Source: Mobula hypostoma
Lineage: Eukaryota
Direction: 5' to 3'
Length of the DNA stretch: 64,000 nucleotides
NCBI RefSeq assembly: GCF_963921235.1
Contig: NC_086108.1
Span: 65,846,001-65,910,000 of the forward strand
Position 1 is the stretch's first letter, and the number at the start of each line of letters is the position of its first letter. This document shows, one piece after another, positions 40,201-52,200 of this stretch. A program made the position numbers and the translations under genes. The notes below the pieces were generated by a model. That model was given only the letters and a program-made list of their open reading frames with translations, did no database searches and was not told the origin of the DNA.

Positions 40201-43200
40201 CAGGTAGATTTAGTATTACCAGCAAATCAACATTTACTGAGCTGTTACACAGTTAGAATCTACAATTGATCATTCATAATTACTTGCATTCATAGTTAAC
40301 TTTAAAATGGAAAGACATGTCAAATCATTTTCATTATAAGTTAAGACAGCATGGGAAGGTGGTTAAAATTTCAATGATGCGGTGGATTTTCTAAAAGCTT
40401 TCAAAAGGGAGTTGTAGGGACAAGAAAGAAGGGAGGTGACATTGTCAACTTAATAGAGTGAGCAGAGACTAGTAAAGAAGCAATTTTAAAATCAGCAATT
40501 TTTTTCAATGCAGAAGGTAAGACATGAAGATATAAACCATCTGATTGAGTGAGAAGGAAGAGATTGATTAGAAGTTTTTGTTATGGTTTCAGTCCTCCCA
40601 GTTGTGGAGAACATAAACACAGCAGCTAAATGTCATCCAAATAGATGGTTAACTTTGTATTTGGCTAATCACACGAGGCAGTTGTATGTAAAGGAAAATA
40701 AGATGGAGGTTGAGAGCAGGCTGGGCAATGAATGATTCATGCAAAAGAATTCTAAAAGAACTCACTCTAAATGTGAGTTTTTGAGTCAGGAACTGAAAGA
40801 AACTTTGATGGACATACATTAAGCATATTGGGCCTTCACCAGTCAATTGTAGTCAAACAGAGAGCCCTGCTTGAACAGCAATTAGTTTCCTAATAGCTCC
40901 AAATTTGGTCTTTGAGTACAGATGGATAACCCAGGAGTAGTATAGGTGTACAAAATGGTATACCAACCAAACAAAGCTACCAATAGGATTACATGAAGTA
41001 GCAAAAACAGTATATCGAGCAACAGAGATTAAAAACCTCCACAATCAACAAATCAAATCAAACATCTGCAGCCTTGTTACATTTAATCTTAAGCAGTGAT
41101 GGACATTAAACGGTTATTGGGAAGAGCAGAATATCAAAAACATCCTCAAAGGTGATGGCCAGTATTTCAGTGCCAAAAGACAAGGAAGGAGCATTTACAA
41201 CCGTGTTACAGCAAGAGCTCATGAAAAGGCAGGATCCTTGCAGCAGCATCAAACCTGCACTTTTGATCCTGCTGGTCTTTACCCAAGCTATAACTGGTAA
41301 AGTAACAACACAGGCACCATGCATCCTCCAGTATTGCAATATATGTCGTTTTATCTGTATTCAAGGTGATTGGGAAATAAATTTACCAGGAGGACTATAG
41401 TGTTTTCAATAATGCCACCTTTTCAAGGGAAATTAAGGATGGATAATCAATGCTGGACTTTATCAAACATATGAAAAAAAAAGTAAACTTCCTTCTCCTT
41501 TGTGGGAGTTTTCCATCAGTTCCACAACTCCCTGCTTCAAAAGCAACAATCATGAAACCAAAAGCTACTGCATACTCTAGAAAAGCAAAATAAAAACAAA
41601 AAAAATGCTCAAAAAGTCAGGCAGGAACCATGAAAAGTGAAAAAACACAGGAGCTTATATTTCATGTCAGTGAATGGAGAAAAGTACTAAATTTCAGAGA
41701 AGGGGAGGGAAAACCATAAGATGGAGATCAAAAAAAGGAAAATAATTAATAAGGTTCAATTTGTCTCTGACTGTGGGGTCAACAACTGAAATTAAAGCTG
41801 AAACGTCAGTGTAATTGTGTCAGTTTGTCACCAGGTGAAGGCCAGTTAAATTGGTTTATGCTAACAAAACTAATACGTTAATGTTAGGTTCTAACATTTT
41901 AAAAAATTCCAGGTGTTGAAAAGTGGAATGCTTTCTATGAACAAACCATTATACTTACAGTACACAGATTTAATATTTCAGTACTGGTAAGTAGTTGGAA
42001 ATCCAATTTTTCTTCACCACAAGGATAGCATTCATAGAATTCTGGCTGCTTGTGCGTAATTGAGTACAGAACTAGAAGAAAACTTCTCTTCTCATTTGTA
42101 AAAATCCTATTAAAGAAATAAAGTTATTGCAAACAGAAATTTATATAAGAATGAAGTGCAATAACATAGTTCAAAATAAATATGGCTATGTAATCACAAT
42201 ATTAATTTTTGCACAATAGCTTGTTAAAAAATAGTTTGTCGCCAAGTGTGGGTAGTGTGCAAATTGGAAGGAACTTGAAGTAGGTGAGATCTTGCTGATC
42301 TGGTGCCATGTTCTGTATTAGAATAACTTCTTTTAAATGAACATAAAAGATACAAATAATCAAAATGATTATGACATCTCAAAACTTTGACAAATGTCTA
42401 TAGATGTGAACTGGAGACTATATTGACTGGCTACATCATAGTCTAGTACAGAAGCACCAATGTCCTTGAATGGAAAATTCTCCAAAAAAGTAGTGGATAC
42501 AACCCAGACCATAACGGGTAAAGCCCTCCCCACCATTGAGCACATCTACGTGCAGCGCTGTCGCAGGAAAGCAGCATCCATCATCAAGGACTCCCACCAC
42601 CCAGGCCACGCTTTCTTCTCACTGTTACCCTCAGGAAGGTGGTACAGGAGCCTCAGGACGCACATGGCCCACACCACCAGGTGCAGAAATAGTTATTAGC
42701 TCTCAACCATCAGGCCCTTGAACCAGTGGGGATAACTTCACTCGCCCCATCACTGAACTATTCTCACAATCTATGGACACACTTTCAAGAGATCTTCATG
42801 TAATGTTCCTGATATTTATTGCTTCTTTATTTAAAACTATTCATTTTTCCTTTTGTATTTGCAGCTTGTTGTTGTTTGCACATTGGTTGTTTGTCTGACC
42901 TGTTGGATATAGTCTTTCATTGATTCTGTTAGTTTCTTAGTATTTACTGTGTATGCCCACAAGAAAATGAATCTCAGGGTTGTATATGGTGACATATATG
43001 TACTTAGATTATTTTAATTTAAAAGTTCTAATTAAATTTATTATCAATGTCAAGAAGAGAGTATAAAATGATGAAATCTCAACAAGCTCTGGCTTTCTAA
43101 ATATTTAAACTTTGGACTTTGGTGTTAGATAGTCCAGGCACAGAAATCCAAGACATACTGACAATTAATCAACTAGGCTAGTATTCCCTTTAGAATTGCC

Positions 43201-46200
43201 AGTAATAGCTGGCGAGATCTAGTCTATTAGACAGTTCCTGTCATTTTCAGTGTTAAAGATCGCAGGCCAGAGAAGTGCGATGAAAATAATAAGGTTCAGG
43301 GGAACCCCGAAGCCAGGGCATCAAAGGGTATGGGGAGAAGGCAGGGGAGTGGGGATGGCTGGAAGAATTGGATCAGCCCATGATTGAATGACAGAGCAGA
43401 CTCGATGGGAGAAATGGCCTACTTCTGCTCCTACGGCAGCGGTCCCCAACCACCGGGCCGCGGACCGGTACCGGGCCACAAAGCATGTGCTACCGGGCCA
43501 CGAGGAAACAATATGATTTGGCGATATGAGTGAGCTGCACATTTCCTCATTCCCTGTCACGCCCTGTTGGGCTTGAACGCATGTGCAGTCATTACCCGCG
43601 CGTTATCCATGTCAGCGAGGGAAGGAGATCAACTCCTCGAGCTTGCAAATGATGGCGGGCTGGAAAGTATGTTTGACATAACATCTGTCGGCATTCTGGA
43701 TCAAAGTCAAGGCTAAAAATCCTGAGATAGCCACGAAAGCACTGAAAACGTTGCTTCCATTTCCAACATATCTCTGCAATGAATACAACGAAAACTAAAT
43801 TGCGGAATAGACTGGACATAAGGAACCCCCTTCGACTATCGCTGTCTCCCATCACTCCTCGATAGGACCGTCTTGTTGCAGGAAAACAAGCCCAGGGCTC
43901 CCACTGATTCAATGATATTGGTATGTTGCAATGATTTTATATGTTCATACGGGGAAATATGTGGTGTGTTTAATATACAAACGTTATTTAAAATGTTATG
44001 ATGCTATTGACTTATATAACCATATAACAATTACAGCACGGAAACAGGCCATCTCTCCCCTTCTAGGCCATGCCGAACGCTACTCTCACCTAGTCCCACC
44101 GACCTGCACTCAGCCCATAACCCTCCATTTCTTTCCTGTCCATATACCTATCCAATTTTTCTTTAAATGATAATATCGAACCTGCCTCTACCACTTCTAC
44201 TGGAAGTTCGTTCAACACTTACTTCAAGCTCCCCTGTCCTCCCCTGATAATTGACTTATCACTATATTCATGCGAGGAAAATATGCACTGTGTGTTTAAT
44301 ATTAAATTCGTTAGATAAACCCTTTTAGAAAGGAAATTGAGTGTACTAGCCACTTTTCACTGATATTCCGGTCGTGATTAACACTTCCCCCCAAACAGAA
44401 TCGCCAAAAACGATTTGTTGGAAAAAATCGTACACGCATGCGCAAGTCACGCGTGCACACTGGTGCCTGCACAAGGCTTCATGGTTATTGTAGTCTTTCT
44501 CAGGGTAAACACAACGTATTTGACTGCTACTCTTGTCCGTTGGCAACCCTACCAATCCCCCAATCCCTCCCCCCCGCCCCCCCCGGTCGACCGGTCCGCA
44601 AGAATATTGTCAATATGAAACCGGTCCACAGTGCGATAAAGGTTGGGGACCCCTATCCTACAATAGATCTTATGGTCTTATAATACAGGCACAGCACTGC
44701 AAAGGTTTCCATGAGAAGCACCCCGTGAGAATATTAGTTTAGTTCTTAAATTCAACAGGTAACATTATTTTCTTTTTAAAACAGTAGAAGTTGTAAAACT
44801 GTACTTCAATTACAGACTGATTTAAGTTGTTGAACCTTACCTCTCTTGAATGGAAGAACTGAAAAGATATCTCAAGCAGTAGGCCCAAACTTGAGGACTA
44901 TGTACATGAGTAGCACCACTCAACCAGCTAGAATACCAAAGGTGTAAAGAATTAGAGCAGCACTTCAGTTATATAAAATAGCACTATTGACAGTCTAATA
45001 TTAATATATGCAAATCAAAATCCAACATACTGAAATATTCCAATTCATAATTTTGACTGAAGATTAGTGAAAGCAAATTCTTAGTATCAAAGTATAAAAA
45101 TACCTCAGAATATCTATTGTAAAGTATTGAGTTTCACCATTCCCGTACCACCACAAAGCACCCATCAGAATTTTGTCATTCAGATAATGAAACATATCTC
45201 AATTTCTCATTAAGCGAAATATAGGCTAAGTTTTAAACTTCACTCAAAGATCCCTTAACATGGCTTACCATATTATACTTACATTCCTACAAGAGGCAAA
45301 GTGAGCACTTTCGGATCAGATTCAAGTATCAATAGAAGCTTGCGTGTCTGATCCATTGTAAGGTATCTGTAATTTAAACAACATCTTTTCACCAGCTGTT
45401 AGCACAAAATATATTTAAAAACTTAAATCACTGTAATTAAATACTCTTGATATTATACAACACCTTGTAACAGATACAAAATACAAGAGTCGTAACTATC
45501 ATCCAAACATGTATAAATAATTACAAAAAAGCTAAGAAAATTACAAAAAATTGAGAAAGCTTGCTAATAATCAAGTGAAATATATAAGATGTATATTAAT
45601 GTCAGTAGGTGACTCCTAGTCTCCTGCCATAACTACTTCTGAAAGCAGTTAAGTTACAATGAACAATTAGAATCATAGCAAAAATCCCAACAGTATCTGA
45701 ATGTTTTAGAGCAATGTAGCAAACACCTATAATAAATTGGACGTTTAAACCCTTTATAACAAGACTGAACTGTGGATTTATATTTTATTTTTAAACCTAT
45801 TTTGGGGGTGAACAAAATTATTTTATAAAAAAGATAAAATGATGTGATCAAAGGTCATTAATCCCACAGAAACATGTCATAACAATGGCATTTGTATTTA
45901 ACAAATTATTAGAGTACTAGCCGTAACTTCTTCCACCATTGGGGTTAGCAGCATCATATTCAAAATTACAATACCTGCACTACAACTACAATAAAAGCAA
46001 TCACCCTTTTTTAAACAGGCCTTCATTTTGTACGCCGATTTATAAAACACAATTTTTTTTATATTTTCTTGTGAGTCAACTTACAATTTAAACCACAAAA
46101 ATTTTAAAATATCCAAACACGAGGAATTCTGCAGATGCTGGAAATTCAAGCAACACACATCAAAGTTGCTGGTGAACGCAGCAGGCCAGGCAGCATCTCT

Positions 46201-49200
46201 AGGAAGAGGTATAGTCGACGTTTCGGGCCAAGACCCTTCGTCAGGACTAACTGAAAGAAGAGCTAGTAAGAGATTTGAAAGTGGGGGGGGGAGGGGAGGG
46301 GGAGATCCAAAATGATGGAAGACAGGAGGGGGAGGGATGGAGCCAAGAGCTGGACAGTTGGCAAAAGGGATATGAGAGGATCATGGGACAGGAGGCCCAG
46401 GGAGAAAGAAAAGGGGGGGGGGGAAACCCAGAGGATGGACAAGGGGTATAGTGAGAGGGACAGAGAGAGAAAAAGGAGAGAGAGAGAAAGAATGTGTGTA
46501 TATAAATAACGGATGGGGTACGAGGGAGAGGTGGGGCATTAGCGGAAGTTTGAGAAATCAGTGTTCATGCCATCAGGTTGGAGGCTACCCAGATGGAATA
46601 TAAGGTGTTGTTCCTCCAACCTGAGTGTGGCTTCATCTTTACAGTAGAGGAGGCCATGGATAGACATATCAGAATGGGAATGGGACGTGGAATTAAAATG
46701 TGTGGCCACTGATATTTTAAAATCAAATTTTAAAATATGATTATATCTGGTATGACTCATTCCCAACAACTGTGGAAAAAAAAACAATTACTAAAATATT
46801 GCCTCCAATGGAAATTCCTTGTTTACTGAGATAATTTTCCAGGCAAGTACTTTGATTTACAATGTGCATTCTTTGCAAGTTGGCATTTTTATGCAAATAT
46901 AGCAACATCATTATTTGCCACAAAACAGTTCTCATTGCTAATTTCTGGCTGTTTATTTTGAGTCAGCTTCCAAAGCATTTCTAAAGTTAGATCAAAGAGG
47001 TAGATGAGATAGCAAGTATAATACTTTTCCTCTAAGTAATGAGAATATCATTCTCTGGTAATAGCAGTTAATGCACATAATAGATAATTTCAAATTCAAG
47101 GCTTTCATTCTAATTATCAGTTGCTTACTAACACCCATCGAAATAGATTCTGTGTTTCCTTAATATGAAATGACCTGAGGCAAGATTGAAAACTGAAACA
47201 CTGCAGGCTTATGAAGTTATTAAAGTCTCCAAAAATGTAAACTATATACACATTATAAAACCATCCTGGGAATATCAGAATCAAGCTTATTATCACTGGC
47301 ATGCGACATGAAATTTGTTAACATAGCAGCGGCAGTTCAATGCAATACATAATATAGAAAAGAAAAAATATAATAAATAAACAATACATATATTGAATAG
47401 ATTTTAAAAAAACATGCAAAAAACAGAAATACTGTATATTAAAAATAGTGAGGTAGTGTCCAAGGATTCAACGTCCATTTAGGAATCGGATGGCAGAGGG
47501 GAAGATACTGTTCCTGAATTGCTGAGTGTGTGCCTTCAGGCTTCTGTGCCTCCTACCTGATGGTAACAGTGAGAAAAGTGCATTCCCTGGGTGCTGGAGG
47601 TCTTTAATAATGGACGCTGCCTTTCTGAGACACCGCTCCCTAAGGGTGTCCGGGTACTTTGTAGGCTAGTACCCAAGATGGAACTGACTAGATTTACAAC
47701 ATTCTGCAACTTCTTTCGGTCCTATGCAGTAGTGCCTCCCAACACCAGATAGTGATGCAGCCTGTTAGAATGCTCTCCACGGTAAAACTATATAAGTTTT
47801 TGAGTGTATTTGTTGGCATGCCAAATTTCTTCCAGCTCCTAATAAAGTATAGCCGCTGTCTTGCCTTCTTTAAAACTACATCGATATGTTGGAACCAGGT
47901 TAGATCCTCAGAGATCTTGACACCCAGAAACTTGAAACTGCTCCCTCTCTCCACTTCTGATCCCTCTATGAGGATTGGTATGTGTTCCTTTGTCTTACCC
48001 CTCCTGAAGTCCACAATCAGCTCTTTCTTCTTACTGATGTTGAGTGCCGGGTTGTTGCTGTGGCACCACTCCACTAGTAAAGCTAAAGATAGTAAATTTA
48101 ACTGCTTCACTAATAGAAGTGAAAGTTTATTTTCCAAAACACAAGTCAATGGAATTTTTTATATTAAATTGATTAACATAATTCCTGGCAAAATGGTTTT
48201 AATGCATTTAGTTCTGGTCTGGATGGACTTTTTCTAGCAGCAATTATTGCAAAGACCATTTCCAACTCCACCGATATTCTCTGTTTACTCTTCATTGGTT
48301 ATATTTCATTCTTGCAGATGCTAATGCCTTAGATGTGTAGTTTCCATAAACTTTTCTGACTTGCCAATATTTTAGTGCAGGGTACTGAATTAGCACTCCA
48401 GTAATGGGAACTCATAAAAACAAATTTATGTTCCAGTGCTGAGAGAATAGTGTCTTTTGGACTGTCTCAAAGGCTTTGTGAAATTGTTTACTTGGTTGAG
48501 TGAATACAAAATATTTCAACACTGTCGTACAAACAACAGCAAACTAATACCCATTTTTAAAGAATTTTTGAATTATTACAGCACAGGAGACTTATCTTCT
48601 TCATGGAGTTTATGCCTGCTGTCAATACAGCAATTCTTTCCCCACTGTTCTAAAAACTCTCTCTCAACTGCCGTAGCTCTCCTCCCTAACACGATAAAAC
48701 TGTTCTCTGGGTAATTACCATAGTGCTGTGAATATAATGACCATTTTCTATATTTGAGCTTACATCTCTAAAAGTACATTGTTAGCTGTAAAACATGATG
48801 GGACCCCACAAAAAGCAGGTCTTTTTTTCCTTAACCATTTGCATCCTAATATCACAAAGCCTGTTTCTCCCTCAAAACCAGATTAAATATCTTGTTAAAT
48901 TGCTTGATGATACTATTGCAAAGCACCACCAGATGCTTACCTATATTCATATAATGCCTTCAGCAGCAAATTTCTTTAAACAAAAACAGGCTTTCAGAAT
49001 CATCATATGTGAACAAATGCAACAAATTTGAATATGGCATCTTAGAATTTCCCATAAGTGCATATATTTTCAATGTTTTCATGCCCAACTCACCCAAATT
49101 TGTATGTTCCTTGAATCTGAGCAATATTAAGTGGGCTGGTTAAATTTCTTGCCAAAGCTGTAGGGATTATGGGAATTTTATTGATTGGAGTAGCTTCAAA

Positions 49201-52200
49201 GACTATTGCTATTGTAACAGCTGCCCAGCGAAGTTCCAGGGTTAGGTTATCCAATTGGTTCATGCATGTAATATGTCCTCTCATTGTAAGAAGTCTAGAA
49301 GAGTCGATTGTTTCCTTGCCACTACAGTAGTAGTGTAGTGCCTGGTAAATTAGAATAGACACAATTACTAATGTCCGTATAGACTTCAACATTATCATTC
49401 TAACCCAAAAAGATGAGTTCAAATCCATAAAACTATGTCAAAGCACCATGCATTCAGAGTAAGCTACATTGACTCCAGTAGTACATTATAAAATATAAAA
49501 AATAAGTTTGCAAAGGGATGTAGAAAGAAATCAATCATTTGATGTAATTAATATTTACTATACTTTGACACAATTATCAAAGCCTGGAAATGAAAACAAG
49601 AGATCACATCATAAAATCTGAATGTAATATACAAAACTGAAAATCATATGAATGAACCACTGTTCCACCAGGAAAGTGTGTTTAAGTTGCTGAAACATCA
49701 TAGGCAAGATATAAAATGATAGGTTACATCTCAAAGAGAAAATTCACAGTAGAATACAAAAAAAAAAGCAGAACAACCCAAATAGTTTTCTCTCATATAG
49801 GAAACCAGAGTTTGTAGCCAATGCCAGATTAACAAAAGTAGAAAAAGAGGGATGTGAAAAAAAGAAAATCTTTGAGTCATTTCAGAAAATGCCTACATAA
49901 GTATTCTTAAAATTCAATATTGTTCTGTCATTCATATGTAATTACCTTAAATGCAGCATGGAAATCCTCAGATGTATAGACATTGATGTCTCTAGAAGCA
50001 GGTCCTTGAGTATCAACTGTACATGGAATCAGGAAATCACCAGGAAGAAGTGCTGTGGGAACCTTGTCAGAACGCCCAGCAACTTCTCGTCCAGGATCAA
50101 TGCGATCTATAGTCAGTGTAACACCTTCCTCATCTGCATTGAGACAAATTACACTCACTTAACCAAGTAAATAATTTCACAAAGCCTTATTTAAATAAAA
50201 GTTTCTCAAAAGGCCAGTTCAGAAAATGTCATTTTGTGAATGAAGTTTAATAATTTTGATTAATTAGAGGTTGATACTGCTGGTTGCTTAAATTCCACTG
50301 ATCAACAACGTGACAACATATACACAAGAAATAGAATGCAAATGAAATGAAACATTGAACAAAAAGAAATTCAAATTCGACGGATATTTTAAGACATTGA
50401 AAGGCATAAGATATCAAAGCAAAGCATTTCAATGGCATGAAAGTTACGTTCAGCTAAGTTGCAGTGATGAACATCGACTTGCAACAATGCAGCAGGAGGA
50501 AAAAGTAATAGAACTACAGAGAAGAGATGGAGATCAAGTACAAGTTCAGTTTATTATCAATTAACTGTACTCATTGATATTGCCAAATGAAACAGCATTC
50601 TTCCAGACCAAGGTGCACAAAATAGTACATATAACTCACACACAAAGTAACATTACCAAACTAAATTAACAAATAATAAGGTGCATATATGATACAAGTG
50701 AAAAAGTAAACACATAACTGGTGTTCCATACATGATTAAACCTGAGTGGTAGCAGGGAGTTCAGCAGCCTGGGAGAGGAAGCTGTTTCCCATCCTAACAG
50801 ATTTAGTCCTAATGCTACGGTACCTCCTGCCTGATGATAGGGGTTCAAAGAGATTGTCGGATGGATGGGAGTGATCACTGACAATGCTAGAGGCACTGCG
50901 TACACAGAACTCCTGATAAATATCTCTACCGGATTGAGGGGCGAGAGAAACAGAGTCCTTGATGATCCTCCCAGCAGTCCTTGCCAAATATTGCAGGGAC
51001 TTGTGGTCAGATGCCTTGCAATTCCCATACTAAATGGTGATACAGCTGGTCAGGATACTCTTGATGGTGCTCTTGTAAAAATCGGAGGGGGTTGACGCAG
51101 GTTACTGTCACCCTCTTGGGCACCAGGATGATGGTGGCCACCTTGAAGCTTCAGGGGATAGTAGACCATGCCAAAGGTATTGAAGATGTCTGTTAGACTC
51201 TCTGCATGCTGCCTCAGCATCAGACCACGTACGTTACCAGGCTCCACTGCTTTAAGTGACTCTGGCTAGGGTCTTTCTCAGATCAGCTGTGGCCAGACAG
51301 AGTACTTGCTCCTCAGGGGAGGAGGGGGGGAAAAAAAAAATCAAATCGCCAATGCATTGTCCTATGCATCAAACCAAGCGTAAAAAACGTTCAGCCCATC
51401 AAGAGGCGTCACTGTCTTTGATGTGCAGCATGGACTTGTAGTCTGTTATTATTTGAATGTATTGCCACATGTGCCTCGTGTTTCTGGTGTCACAGAAACA
51501 TTCTCTGTGAACAATGCCATTTACCTTCTTGGTGGCATGAGAAAACTCAGCTCTTGCTGACCTGAGGACTGTCTTATTACCTAGCAAGTTACACCTTTAA
51601 ATATTATGCCAAGAAATGTGAAGACAAATGAAGGACTGTTATAGCAATATGAGATGGCTCCAGAAGCATTAAGGAATGAAGTTGTATGGTGCTGAGCTCC
51701 AAGCTTCATTGATCAACACAAAGCAACTGAGCTCCTCAAGGAAGACGGCAATTGGGCACAGGCACACAGAATGATCCTGGGATAAATTACATGCAAATGA
51801 TGCCACCTTGAAATGGGAAAATATGATAACTGTTGGGATGTATGGGTACATAATTGTGGGAGAGATCTAGAAGAAATGGAAAGGAGCAGTCACTGGAGTG
51901 TCAGAGGAAGAGTCTAGCACATAAGGAAGGGAAGGAGTCTGAACAATGCAATCCAAATTCTTTCATCTTGAAAAATCAAGATCCACACCAATGCAATTTA
52001 GGTTGGGTCATTGTCATTTCAAATCAATCGAAACATTTCTCTAGGATCTACTTAAAAATATTGGTTTGCTTTTAGAGTTTTAGCTTCTTTTCCATTAAAC
52101 AACTTTTTTTTAAATTAAAAACTCAAAATAATGGAGGTCTAGAAGTATGAGACTTTTTAAAAAAACTGATTGTAGAGTCATTGAAAAGAAAAGCATATAT

